Positions 1-8,659 of a stretch of DNA of 20,000 nucleotides are shown here, piece by piece. This DNA comes from an uncultured virus (IMG/VR IMGVR_UViG_3300030329_003992) (Duplodnaviria > Heunggongvirae > Uroviricota > Caudoviricetes): IMG/VR virus record IMGVR_UViG_3300030329_003992, one strand, 5' to 3'. The translations under genes were made by a program, and so were the position numbers. How positions within the stretch are numbered: position 1 is the stretch's first letter; each line of letters begins with the position of its first letter. The notes below the pieces were generated by a model. The model was given only the letters and a program-made list of their open reading frames with translations, was not told the DNA's origin and searched no databases.

Positions 1-273
1 GAACTTGGAAGTTCAACAGAACAAACTACAGATTTTAAATGGACAAATGCTGATCTTTTTTGTAAGACAGAAACAGATGTTGTTGTTAAATTTCGCATAT
101 CTTTTGATGAAGATGGTGCTGTTCAAGGCAGAGTAACTTCATGGAAAATTAATGATGATGGAGAACCAGAACCAATTGAACTAAAAACTCTTTTAAATCA
201 TCCAGATATGCCAGAAGAAATGGAAGAAAAACTAACAGACGAAGGCCCACCAAAAGACTATTTAATGAACTAA
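1..273 (+). CDS. Hypothetical protein, 5'-truncated (ELGSSTEQ...PPKDYLMN*)
   Basis: Frame 1 is open from the window edge to TAA 271-273, which overlaps the next ATG (TAATG). Confidence 0.75.
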   Translation, partial: ELGSSTEQTTDFKWTNADLFCKTETDVVVKFRISFDEDGAVQGRVTSWKINDDGEPEPIELKTLLNHPDMPEEMEEKLTDEGPPKDYLMN

Positions 274-716
274 TGGCAAATCCGTTAACTGATGAAAAAG
301 AATTTAAAAGGTGGCAAGATGCAATATTGGAACCGCCAGAATGGGTATTGAAAAGAGAAAAAGATATGACAGTTAAAGTAGAATTGAGTGAACCCTATAT
401 GGGCAAACATAATGAAAAGAAAAATGTGTTTGTAAAATTAATTGAAAAGAAACCTAGTGCTAAATATGGTACTGTTTATATTGTTCAAGACAAGTCTGGT
501 AGAAAAGGTTTATTCTTTAATTTTACATATAAACAAATAGAACCAAAAATTAAAGATATTGAAATAAATGATTGTTTTCTAATGTCAGCAACTTGTAAAC
601 ATAGTCAAAGTAATTATGATGGTCAAGAACAAACATATTTTAATAGAGTTAAAGTATTAAAGAATACTGGCAGTTTAGAAAATCCTACAAGAGACATATA
701 TGAGCATGGCTTATGA
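273..716 (+). CDS. Hypothetical phage protein, possibly OB-fold-like
   Basis: 147-aa ORF coupled on both sides (TAATG, ATGA). Beta-rich pattern ending in QTYFNRVKV. The fold is a guess. Confidence 0.65.
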   Translation: MANPLTDEKEFKRWQDAILEPPEWVLKREKDMTVKVELSEPYMGKHNEKKNVFVKLIEKKPSAKYGTVYIVQDKSGRKGLFFNFTYKQIEPKIKDIEINDCFLMSATCKHSQSNYDGQEQTYFNRVKVLKNTGSLENPTRDIYEHGL

Positions 717-1771
717 GTGATAGACCAAAATTAACTGTCATTGAAGGTGGCAAAAAAGAAAAACAATTTCAAGACTTAACATTTGATGATCTTTTAGATC
801 CTAAAGCAAATGGTGGCACTGAAATACAAGCGAGAAAATTGTTTAATAATTTTCCAGAACTTGTAAGAGAATTTAATTGGGTTTTGTCATATCAAAAAAT
901 CCCAATGGACCCCAAGAAACCATCAATACTTTGGATGCATGAAACACCATTTGATGAAGGTGTAAGACAAGCATTCAAAGATCCCAATTATCATTTACAA
1001 TTTAATAAAATAGTATTTGTTTCTTATTGGCAACAACAATTGTTTCATGCTTTATATAATATACCATGGGAACAATCAATTGTAATTGGTAATTCTATAG
1101 AACCAGTTCATGTTAAAGAAGGCGATTTTCAAGTACCAAGTTCAAGAAATGTTACAAAACTTGTGTATATATCTACACCACATAGAGGATTAGATATTTT
1201 ATTGGATGTGATACAATCAGAAGAATTTGAAAGTAGATTTTGGGAACTTCATGTTTGTTCATCTTTTGAATTATATAATAGAAAAGAAAATGATGTACAT
1301 TTTCAAAAACTATTTGATAGATGTAAAGAAGATAATAGAATTAAATACCATGGAACACTACCACATGATAGAGTTTTAAGTTTATTAAAAGAATCACATA
1401 TATTAGCATACCCTTCCACATATATGGAAACATCATGTATAAGTGCCATGGAAGCGATGAGTACAATGTGTGCTATAGTTTGTCCTAATTATGGTGCCCT
1501 ACCAGAAACAACGGCTAATTATAGTTTTTCATATAGTTATGAACCAGATCCAGAAAGACATAAAGTAATATTTTCTCATGTTTTAAAAGATGTTATTGAT
1601 AACTGGTCATCTAATAATGTTATGCAATTATTACAATATGGTAAAGTTTATTGTGATACTTTTTACAGATGGGATGTGAGATTACAAGTTTGGAAACAAT
1701 TATTAGAGGGTGTGTATAATCTACATTACCATGGTCAACAAAATCCTGAACCTACACCGGAGGCGGTCTGA
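713..1771 (+). CDS. Glycosyltransferase, GT-B fold (GT4/group 1-like)
   Basis: GGTE N-terminal motif, WMHE, FVSxWQ, YISTPHRGLDILL, and YPSTYMETSCISAMEAM (E-x7-E) followed by GALPET. Confidence 0.9.
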   Translation: MSDRPKLTVIEGGKKEKQFQDLTFDDLLDPKANGGTEIQARKLFNNFPELVREFNWVLSYQKIPMDPKKPSILWMHETPFDEGVRQAFKDPNYHLQFNKIVFVSYWQQQLFHALYNIPWEQSIVIGNSIEPVHVKEGDFQVPSSRNVTKLVYISTPHRGLDILLDVIQSEEFESRFWELHVCSSFELYNRKENDVHFQKLFDRCKEDNRIKYHGTLPHDRVLSLLKESHILAYPSTYMETSCISAMEAMSTMCAIVCPNYGALPETTANYSFSYSYEPDPERHKVIFSHVLKDVIDNWSSNNVMQLLQYGKVYCDTFYRWDVRLQVWKQLLEGVYNLHYHGQQNPEPTPEAV

Positions 1772-2055
1772 TGTCCTACTCAAGATGGTTATATTCTGAC
1801 TTCTATACATATTGGTGCAGTTCCAAGGCCACTGATATTAATGAAGAATTATTTGCACTCCACGAAAAACTTGACAATCAGATCATGATAAGGTATGATG
1901 ATGCATGTAGGATGGTTGAAGACAAAGAGTTCTTCATGGACTATCTTCAAGAGATAATTCGCGATGAGGCGGATTATCATGAATTGGTTTCATATTTAAT
2001 ACGATGGACGCAAGATGTCAAAGAACATTATGAAAAGAAAGAAGGAAACACCTGA
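1771..2055 (+). CDS. Hypothetical protein
   Basis: 94-aa ORF, TGATG-coupled, with GGAGG upstream. Confidence 0.7.
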   Translation: MSYSRWLYSDFYTYWCSSKATDINEELFALHEKLDNQIMIRYDDACRMVEDKEFFMDYLQEIIRDEADYHELVSYLIRWTQDVKEHYEKKEGNT

Positions 2056-2536
2056 ACAAGTAGCAGAACGCATGGCTAAGTTGAGAGCCAAACGCAAACC
2101 CGCTCAATATAAGAACATCCACCCAACTGTTCTCGCACTCCCAGATGATCATAACTATTCTTTTAAAAATATAAAAGAATGGATTAAAGAATCAAAAGAA
2201 TTAGTTTCTGCATATAATAAGACTGCAAGAAGTCGTGGTTTGACTCCACAAGAGAAACAAAAAGCATCCAATGCAGCAGATAATAAAAAAGCATATATTA
2301 GGTATATGGAACATTATCTGAAGCATGGTGATTGGATTAGTGAGTATTCTGGTAAGAATGAGGAACATAGAGTGATTCCAAGGTGTGTTGCTATGGCGTA
2401 TGATTCCAATGGTAATCCAAAAAGAACAGTAGGTGTTTACTATCCAGACATTCATGCGGTATGGACAAAGGAATTAGAAAAACATCCTATACAAAGCGAT
2501 ATTGCGATAACTGATAAACAATTTACATCAAAATGA
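2015..2536 (+). CDS. Hypothetical basic phage protein upstream of RNase H
   Basis: 173-aa ORF ending in an ATGA overlap with rnh. The start may be the second Met. Confidence 0.7.
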   Translation: MSKNIMKRKKETPEQVAERMAKLRAKRKPAQYKNIHPTVLALPDDHNYSFKNIKEWIKESKELVSAYNKTARSRGLTPQEKQKASNAADNKKAYIRYMEHYLKHGDWISEYSGKNEEHRVIPRCVAMAYDSNGNPKRTVGVYYPDIHAVWTKELEKHPIQSDIAITDKQFTSK

Positions 2537-3429
2537 TTTTAGTTGATTATAGTCAGGTTTTTATTGGCGCATTTATGCAAGTAGTTAAGAACTACAAACC
2601 TGATGAAGACTTAGTGCGTCACATAGTATTGAATACTATCAGAAACTATAAAAAACAATATAAAGATTATGGTGACATAGTTTTATGTTGTGATAGTTAC
2701 AATACTTGGAGAAAACAATTCTTCCCACAATACAAAGCTCCTAGAAAGATGAAGCGGGCTAAGGATGAAGAAAACTATGTATCTGGTGATTCTACATTCT
2801 CTTGGGAAGATTTATTCACTTCACTAAATAAGGTCAGGGATGAGATAAAGAATCATTTACCTTACACAGTGATGCATATTGAAGAATGCGAAGCTGATGA
2901 TATTATCGCAATCCTTTCTAAATATCTTCAAACTGAAGAAACTATACCAGCTGGTATGAATGGTATGTTTGAAGAAAAACAAAATGTAATGATTATCTCT
3001 AGTGATAAAGATTTTATTCAGTTACAACAATATGACAATGTGAAACAATTTTCACCCATCGCTAAAAAGTTTATTACAGATAAAGATCCTAAATCATATC
3101 TAGATGAACATATATTAAGAGGCGATAAGAGTGATGGTATTCCAAATATTTTGAGTGATGATAATGTATTTGTTGAAGAACGCAGACAGATACCACTCAC
3201 TAAAAAGAAAATTGCTGAATTGGATATGGATAACTTGTCAGAAAGTAATAACTACAGATATTCAAGAAACAAAACATTAATTGATCTATCATGCATTCCA
3301 GAGAGAATTGAAGAAAAAATTCTTACAGAATGGAAAGAGACAGATCAATGTAATTCTAAAAAAGATATGTTAAATTATTTTATGAAACATAGACTTAAAA
3401 ACTTAATGGAAGTAATAGAGGAATTTTAA
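2533..3429 (+). CDS. rnh: T4-like RNase H / 5'-3' exonuclease (FEN family)
   Basis: MILVDYSQ, WRKxxFPxYKAxR, EADDIIA, IISSDKDFIQL, ILRGDKSDGIPN, RNKTLIDL and C-terminal YFMKHRLKNLME, all typical of T4-type RNase H. Confidence 0.93.
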   Translation: MILVDYSQVFIGAFMQVVKNYKPDEDLVRHIVLNTIRNYKKQYKDYGDIVLCCDSYNTWRKQFFPQYKAPRKMKRAKDEENYVSGDSTFSWEDLFTSLNKVRDEIKNHLPYTVMHIEECEADDIIAILSKYLQTEETIPAGMNGMFEEKQNVMIISSDKDFIQLQQYDNVKQFSPIAKKFITDKDPKSYLDEHILRGDKSDGIPNILSDDNVFVEERRQIPLTKKKIAELDMDNLSESNNYRYSRNKTLIDLSCIPERIEEKILTEWKETDQCNSKKDMLNYFMKHRLKNLMEVIEEF

Positions 3430-3430
3430 T

Positions 3431-3913
3431 ATGGCAGATAGTATACCACATTTATTTCAATCTATCCAAGTCGCACCTAAAAAACACAAGGTAGATTTAC
3501 TTAGAAGATTGAATGAACATTGTAAAGAAATTTTACATCACGCATTTCATCCTAATATAAAATTTCTTTTACCAGAAGGAACCCCGCCTTATGTTTTTAG
3601 GGGTACTCCGGAGGCTTTCCCGACATCTCTGTATCCTGAAGTTAGAACCTTTTATATATTCTGTGAAGGAGGTGGTGCTAACGTAAATCAGATCCGTAGA
3701 GAGGCAATTTTTATTCAATTGCTTGAAAAGATTCATCCTGACGAGGCAAAGGTCGTGATTGCCATGAAGGATAAAAAATTCAATGAACTTTATGATACCA
3801 TCACGTATGATGTTGTTAGGGAAGCCTTTCCAGATATGTTGCCAGAGCGAGAGGTTAAGAAGAAGTCACCTGGAAAAAAGTCTGGTGGAAAAGGGCGGCA
3901 GCAAAAAACTTGA
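3431..3913 (+). CDS. Conserved hypothetical protein of T4-like phages (DUF6433-like)
   Basis: AFHPNIKFLLPEGxPPY...RREAIFIQLLEKIHPDEA...MKDK pattern recalled from T4-like marine phage proteins. The DUF label is from memory. Confidence 0.7.
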   Translation: MADSIPHLFQSIQVAPKKHKVDLLRRLNEHCKEILHHAFHPNIKFLLPEGTPPYVFRGTPEAFPTSLYPEVRTFYIFCEGGGANVNQIRREAIFIQLLEKIHPDEAKVVIAMKDKKFNELYDTITYDVVREAFPDMLPEREVKKKSPGKKSGGKGRQQKT

Positions 3914-3948
3914 CATTTGCGATGCTTCTTGATATACTAGGTTTGTAC
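3903..3948 (+). promoter_or_regulatory. Sigma70-type (phage early) promoter
   Basis: A6 tract, TTGACA 3910-3915, 17-nt spacer, extended -10 TG-A-TATACT (TATACT 3933-3938). Confidence 0.85.
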
Positions 3949-4013
3949 AGTGATGAGAGTCCTCATGTAGAGGGCCCTCAATGGCAAATTCAACCTTTCA
4001 AGAGAGATCAATA

Positions 4014-4844
4014 ATGAGAAAGATAATCCTTGCCCTATTGTTTAGTCTGGTAGTTACTCCTGTTTTTGGTAAGATCATCACCATGAATGGTGTGAAATAT
4101 GAGGTTGTAAATCAACCTAATGGTGAAATGTTATTTAAACCAGTTGACAGAAAACAAGGACCAAAGGTTACAAAACTTAAGCCACTTGGTTCAGTTTTAA
4201 ATAGAGAACCAGTTAAGTCTGAAGTCATAGAAAAGACTGAGACTGAAGCGGTTTATACTGAAGATATTTGTGATGATCCAATGGGTTGTCCACAAGATAT
4301 AAAAACTGGTGATTGTCCAACTTGTAAAAAAGTTGCGGTGTATGAGAAGAAAGAAATACATAAAGTTCCTACCAATGAAAAGATAGAACATAAAATAATA
4401 AAGAATGTTGATTCATTTTATTTTCCAGAAGGAAAGTATGAATTGATTGAAAAGAAATCATATTATGATGGAAGACTATCACAACATTTAGTTTTTTATG
4501 GTGGATTAATGTTCGATTATAATAAAGTAAAACACAATAGTTACATTTGGACTGTTGAAGGTGGATCTCTTTATGTTGACCACGTTAATCATCCTAATGA
4601 TAGCAAATCTTTTGCTTGTCCAATTCCAACTACATTTTATACTACTGTAAAAGATGACGGGGAAGTTGTCAGCAACAAAGTACTTGAACAAGGAACTTGT
4701 GGTGGAATTAAAAGTTTATCATCAAGTTATAAGTTTGATGGTGTTTATTTGACAAAAGTAAAGTTACTTGATCCTGGATGTGTTGCTGGTTGCAGTGTTG
4801 TAAAAAGAACAACTGAGGTTTTTGTTTATGAATTTAAGGGATAA
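4014..4844 (+). CDS. Exported Cys-rich hypothetical protein (ORF-track start 3981; likely start ATG 4014)
   Basis: Signal peptide MRKIILALLFSLVVTPVFG from 4014; CDDPMGCPQDIKTGDCPTC motif and a later CVAGC. Confidence 0.75.
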   Translation: MRKIILALLFSLVVTPVFGKIITMNGVKYEVVNQPNGEMLFKPVDRKQGPKVTKLKPLGSVLNREPVKSEVIEKTETEAVYTEDICDDPMGCPQDIKTGDCPTCKKVAVYEKKEIHKVPTNEKIEHKIIKNVDSFYFPEGKYELIEKKSYYDGRLSQHLVFYGGLMFDYNKVKHNSYIWTVEGGSLYVDHVNHPNDSKSFACPIPTTFYTTVKDDGEVVSNKVLEQGTCGGIKSLSSSYKFDGVYLTKVKLLDPGCVAGCSVVKRTTEVFVYEFKG

Positions 4845-4919
4845 GGCCTGGTAGTTAAATGGATATAACAGGAGCCTTCTAAGCTCTCATTCTAGGTTCG
4901 ATTCCTAGTCAGGCTACCA
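4845..4919 (+). tRNA. tRNA-Arg(UCU)
   Basis: Acceptor GGCCTGG/TCAGGCT, D-arm GTTA/TAAC with GG and A20, anticodon stem GGAGC/GCTCT with loop CT-TCT-AA, T-arm CTAGG-TTCGATT-CCTAG, discriminator A and encoded CCA (4917-4919). Confidence 0.96.
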
Positions 4920-4926
4920 TATCAAC

Positions 4927-4933
4927 CTAAATA
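4927..4933 (+). promoter_or_regulatory. Possible T4-like late (gp55-type) promoter CTAAATA
   Basis: Variant of the TATAAATA/NTAAATA late motif in the short intergenic gap before the lipoprotein-bS21 run. Short AT-rich motif, so weak evidence. Confidence 0.35.
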
Positions 4934-4965
4934 TATGTAAGATCAATTACTTACTAAGGACTAAA

Positions 4966-5394
4966 ATGTGTAGGTTATTTTTGATAATGATTCCTTTGAT
5001 GATATTTGTAGGATGTACACAAAAGGCAGAAGAAATTAAACCAAAGGATAATGTAGCAGTAACATTACCTCAAAAACAATTTAGTTGGCCAGAAGAAAGA
5101 AAAAACTTTTGGATATCACTATACTTTTCTAAAATGTCATGGCAACCAGATGTAAGACAAAGAATGTTGCCAGAAACACTTTTTGAAGTTTGTACTTGTA
5201 TTATAGAGACATTTGAAAGAAGATATGAATTAGAACATTTTGAGAAAGTTTTGAACTCTAATACTCCAACTGAAGCAGCACAACAAGAAGTGTGGCAAGT
5301 ATCATATAATTGTAGTGTGCAAGGTATTATGGAACAAAATAAAAGATTACAACAACAAAAAATAGAAAACCCAGACGCAAAGGACATGCTATGA
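4966..5394 (+). CDS. Putative lipoprotein with EVCxC motif
   Basis: AAGGA RBS, hydrophobic stretch and lipobox-like FVGC. Shares a motif with 10839..11204. Confidence 0.75.
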   Translation: MCRLFLIMIPLMIFVGCTQKAEEIKPKDNVAVTLPQKQFSWPEERKNFWISLYFSKMSWQPDVRQRMLPETLFEVCTCIIETFERRYELEHFEKVLNSNTPTEAAQQEVWQVSYNCSVQGIMEQNKRLQQQKIENPDAKDML

Positions 5395-5615
5395 TTTCAG
5401 TGAAAGTTTATGACAATAACACTAATAAAGCAATTTCAAAACTAAAGAATTTATTAGTAAATGAAGGACTCTTTAAAGAATTAAAAGATAGGAGACACTA
5501 TACAAAACCATCTCTAAAGAAAAAATTGAAACGTGAAGAAGCAGAAAGACAGAGACAAAGAGACTTTAAAAAAGAGTTGAAAGCTCTGCAAAGAGATGAA
5601 ATGATGTTTCAATGA
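5391..5615 (+). CDS. rpsU: Ribosomal protein bS21 (phage-encoded)
   Basis: 74 aa: ISVKV...KAISKLK...EGLFKELKDRRHYTKPSLKKKLKREEA matches the bS21 pattern (R-x-Y/F-x-KPS). Confidence 0.9.
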   Translation: MISVKVYDNNTNKAISKLKNLLVNEGLFKELKDRRHYTKPSLKKKLKREEAERQRQRDFKKELKALQRDEMMFQ

Positions 5616-6262
5616 TCTCATTAATTAGGAGAGCATATTTAGATGAATTATGTGATTATCATCCAGTGATGGGTGATCCATGGCGTCCTGTTGTTATGGA
5701 TGAAAATGAGTTTGAGGACGCATGCTTTTCTAATTCATTTCATTGGTGGATGTGGGAAGTTTTTGACGAACATTGTCCAAGTCTTGAAGAAATGGAAGAA
5801 GATGTTCAATTTAAATTTGGCAATAAAATTGATTACCGTGAACCAATTAAATTATGTTTTCCCGTTAGTAGAATAGCAAAATATAAAACAAAAAAAGGTA
5901 AACAGTCTTTAGTTACTGTTTACCATATCCCACCTGGTCGACCTTATGATCCATCTATAACTAAAAAGAGAGCCCAATTAGCATATAATGATTGGAAAAC
6001 TGGTAGATGGACATTCCATGAGGCAATGACTAAGAACAAATCTAGGTGGCAAGCAATACAAAAATATACTCCCTATATACCAGAGAGAAAAGTTAAAATA
6101 AAAGATAAAGTTAAAAAAGCATCACAATTAGTTTTAGATGGTAGAATGTTAATAGATGCACTTAAATTAACTGGATTGACTAAACAAACTTTTTATAAAC
6201 ACACAGGAGGGAGTAGACTTCTCATTTCAAGTCATGAAAGATATCAAAGTTTTAACAGTTAA
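5612..6262 (+). CDS. Hypothetical protein with possible C-terminal tandem HTH motifs
   Basis: 216 aa, ATGA-coupled to rpsU. C-terminal ASQLVLDGRMLIDALKLTGLTKQTFYKH is HTH-like. Confidence 0.65.
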   Translation: MISLIRRAYLDELCDYHPVMGDPWRPVVMDENEFEDACFSNSFHWWMWEVFDEHCPSLEEMEEDVQFKFGNKIDYREPIKLCFPVSRIAKYKTKKGKQSLVTVYHIPPGRPYDPSITKKRAQLAYNDWKTGRWTFHEAMTKNKSRWQAIQKYTPYIPERKVKIKDKVKKASQLVLDGRMLIDALKLTGLTKQTFYKHTGGSRLLISSHERYQSFNS

Positions 6263-6665
6263 AAATCCATACGCATTTTTAATTTTAGCAGGAATTAAAA
6301 AGTATGAGATCAGATCTTGGTCCACAAAGTATCGTGGACCATTGTACATACATTCAGCTAAAGTACCAGTAAAAGAATATGATGTCAATACTATAAAAGG
6401 TATATCAAGATTAAAAAATAATCATATAAGTATTGATTACATGGCTATGCATGGTTATATATTGGGAAAGGTAGATTTAGTAGACATTAAAAAAATTGGT
6501 GAAGATATACCAAAACCCCAAGCGGCACTTGATGGGTGTTGTGCCATAGATGATAATGATAAATACGCATGGGTTTTACATAATCCAGAAATAGCAAGTT
6601 TAACAATCGCCACTAAAGGCAAATTAGGTCTATGGAGTTTAACAAATGGAAACACTGACGATTAG
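6234..6665 (+). CDS. ASCH domain protein (PUA-like RNA-binding)
   Basis: LTVKNPYAFLILAGIKKYEIRSWSTKYRGPLYIHS (GxKxxExR), GYILGKVDLVD, KGKLGLW. Confidence 0.92.
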   Translation: MKDIKVLTVKNPYAFLILAGIKKYEIRSWSTKYRGPLYIHSAKVPVKEYDVNTIKGISRLKNNHISIDYMAMHGYILGKVDLVDIKKIGEDIPKPQAALDGCCAIDDNDKYAWVLHNPEIASLTIATKGKLGLWSLTNGNTDD

Positions 6666-6993
6666 TGATGAGGCAGCAAACGCAGTTCTTGATGCAATAG
6701 TTGCACATGAACATTTAAGAGTAAGTGCAAATTCAGGAGGGTGTTCTGGTTGGAAATGGGCATTGTGGACTGAAGATGAAATGCTATATACAGAAAGAGA
6801 TATTAAAATAGAAACCGAATATGGTTTTGATATGGTAGTTGATAGAGACATTTTAAATGACGTTTTAGGAACTACTCATATTGATTATTCAGATACAGAC
6901 AACTTAGTAGAACAAGGATTTGTTTTTAAAAGAAGCAAAGGATTGTCTTGTGGTTGTGGTGAATCATTTACACCAATAAAGGAAAAGGCGTGA
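6646..6993 (+). CDS. iscA: A-type Fe-S cluster carrier (HesB/IscA/SufA family), copy 1
   Basis: LRVSANSGGCSG and CGCGESF: all three conserved cysteines present. Confidence 0.9.
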   Translation: METLTISDEAANAVLDAIVAHEHLRVSANSGGCSGWKWALWTEDEMLYTERDIKIETEYGFDMVVDRDILNDVLGTTHIDYSDTDNLVEQGFVFKRSKGLSCGCGESFTPIKEKA

Positions 6994-7181
6994 TAGATAC
7001 TTGGAGTGACTATATTGATATAGAAAATCATTTAGATGAAATGACAGAGATACAAGAATGTATAGATTATTATGATCGCAAGTTATTAGAGTTGGATCTA
7101 AAATACAAACAAGATGAAGAAATACTACTAAGATTACTTAAACAAAAACGAGAAGAACTAGAAAGATATAATGCAAGTTAA
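6990..7181 (+). CDS. Hypothetical coiled-coil protein
   Basis: 63 aa, GTGA-coupled. Confidence 0.6.
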   Translation: MIDTWSDYIDIENHLDEMTEIQECIDYYDRKLLELDLKYKQDEEILLRLLKQKREELERYNAS

Positions 7182-7638
7182 AGAAGCAATAAACAAATAC
7201 AATGATACTGCGAAGTGGATTATTATTTTTGTGTGTGTTGGAGCTTTGGCATGGCAATTCTGGTATCAAATAGTATCACCAGAGTATGAATTTTATTCTA
7301 AGAAAATTAAAACAATAAGTGAACAACTTGAAGGATTTCAAGATGATGTTATCTACGCAGAAGAAAGATTACATGAATTTAAATTAGAATGGAATAAAAG
7401 AAAAGATGAACTAATAAAAATAGAACAAAATTTAGTCAAACAAGAACAAGAAATAAAAAGACAAATTAAAACATTAGAAACAAAAATTAACAAACTTCGG
7501 GGGGAGTTGAATACTGGCTTGAGAAAAGTTGAGTCAGATGCGAAACAAAACTTACAAAAAAAGTTTAAGATATGGGAACATGAATGGGAAAAAGAAATTT
7601 CAAGGAGCATTAAAGAAAGTATGAAAATTAAGTTTTAG
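7171..7638 (+). CDS. Membrane-anchored coiled-coil protein
   Basis: N-terminal TM segment (WIIIFVCVGALAWQFW) followed by a long heptad-rich region. Confidence 0.7.
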   Translation: MQVKEAINKYNDTAKWIIIFVCVGALAWQFWYQIVSPEYEFYSKKIKTISEQLEGFQDDVIYAEERLHEFKLEWNKRKDELIKIEQNLVKQEQEIKRQIKTLETKINKLRGELNTGLRKVESDAKQNLQKKFKIWEHEWEKEISRSIKESMKIKF

Positions 7639-7649
7639 GAGTGAATTTC

Positions 7650-7898
7650 ATGGATATAGAAAAACAACTATATAGCATATTAGAGGAAAGTTTTGGAATT
7701 AAAAATGTGGAGATTACAGATACCCTAAAAGATTGGGAAATTGATTCATTGGATATGGTTGAATTGAAAATGATGTGTGAAGAAAGATTTGATATAGAAT
7801 TTGCTGACGATGATTTAGATATATCAAATCCAACAATTGAAGACGTGGTTGAACTCATAGAGGAAAAATTAAATGGCGACAAAGAAGAAACTAGCTAA
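7650..7898 (+). CDS. acpP: Acyl carrier protein (ORF-track start 7641; likely start ATG 7650)
   Basis: Small and acidic, with IDSLDMVEL (phosphopantetheine Ser), EERFDIE and TIEDVVELIE. AGGAG at 7637-7641. Confidence 0.9.
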   Translation: MDIEKQLYSILEESFGIKNVEITDTLKDWEIDSLDMVELKMMCEERFDIEFADDDLDISNPTIEDVVELIEEKLNGDKEETS

Positions 7899-8037
7899 GA
7901 AAAAAGCAAGACAAAAAAAGATTAAAAAACAATTAAATCTTAAACGCGTCCATGGAGAAGGATGCCCATGTTGTATAGAGGAACCAAATGTCGGAGACAT
8001 CAAAGGAGAAGAAATTCTCATTAGAGACAGTTTATGA
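7873..8037 (+). CDS. Small basic protein with CPCC motif (54 aa, not in ORF track)
   Basis: MATKKKLAKKKARQKKIKKQLNLKRVHGEGCPCCIEE...; GAGGA upstream; fills the gap after acpP. Confidence 0.55.
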   Translation: MATKKKLAKKKARQKKIKKQLNLKRVHGEGCPCCIEEPNVGDIKGEEILIRDSL

Positions 8038-8098
8038 TAAAAAACATGATGACGGAAGTCGTACATGGATTGTTGTGATTAAAAATAAAAAGGAATAA
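7988..8098 (+). CDS. Small hypothetical protein (36 aa, not in ORF track)
   Basis: MSETSKEKKFSLETVYDKKHDDGSRTWIVVIKNKKE; GAGGA RBS and TAATG coupling to the HIT gene. Confidence 0.45.
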   Translation: MSETSKEKKFSLETVYDKKHDDGSRTWIVVIKNKKE

Positions 8099-8463
8099 TG
8101 GACATTTTAAATCATCATTCAGATGCACCTTGGTCAAATAAGATTTATGAAAGTCAAGATCTCATTTGTTACAAAGACAAGTATCCCGTCACAGAAGGTC
8201 ATTTGTTAATTGTACCAAAAAAGAAAGATCCTACAACAATTGGAGAAGCGTTTAAATTAGCTTATGTTGAAGGTCAAACAATGGTAAGAGAAGGCATGTG
8301 TGATTCTTTTAATGTGGGAATGAATTCTGGTGTTGAGGCTGGTCAAACTATTGGCTGGCCTCATATTCACGTTATACCAAGAAGAAACGGAGATGTTGAA
8401 GATCCAACTGGCGGAATAAGAAATATTATTCCTGGAAAAGGAAAATATGAGACAACAGAATGA
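8098..8463 (+). CDS. HIT family hydrolase
   Basis: DKYPVTEGHLLIVPK, FNVGMNSGVEAGQT and WPHIHVIPR (HxHxx variant), followed by GDVEDPTGGIR. Confidence 0.92.
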   Translation: MDILNHHSDAPWSNKIYESQDLICYKDKYPVTEGHLLIVPKKKDPTTIGEAFKLAYVEGQTMVREGMCDSFNVGMNSGVEAGQTIGWPHIHVIPRRNGDVEDPTGGIRNIIPGKGKYETTE

Positions 8464-8659
8464 TGAAATAAAAGTATTAAAAAATCAAATACATACTTTA
8501 AAAACAGAATTAATTAAAATGAATAGTAGATTTAATGATGTTGACAATAAGTTACATGAAATTAAAACTATTCTAATAGATATGAAAGATAATCCAAAAC
8601 CACCGTTAATAAGTGGTGATGCTCATCTCGCTGATCATACAGACAGATGGAATAAATGA
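8447..8659 (+). CDS. Hypothetical coiled-coil protein
   Basis: 70 aa, overlap-coupled. Confidence 0.6.
   Translation: MRQQNDEIKVLKNQIHTLKTELIKMNSRFNDVDNKLHEIKTILIDMKDNPKPPLISGDAHLADHTDRWNK

Noticed and set aside
4876..4882. Possible amber-suppressor (CUA) reading of the tRNA loop CTTCTAA / alternative genetic code
   Set aside because: The 5-bp stem fixes a 7-nt loop whose centre is TCT (Arg), A20 is present, and TAG/TGA act as normal stops with tight gene coupling.
5673..5876. Nested + strand 67-aa ORF
   Set aside because: Lies fully inside 5612..6262 in another frame, with no motif.
6646..6993. Selenocysteine-containing HesB-like protein
   Set aside because: All three Cys positions are TGT; no in-frame TGA.
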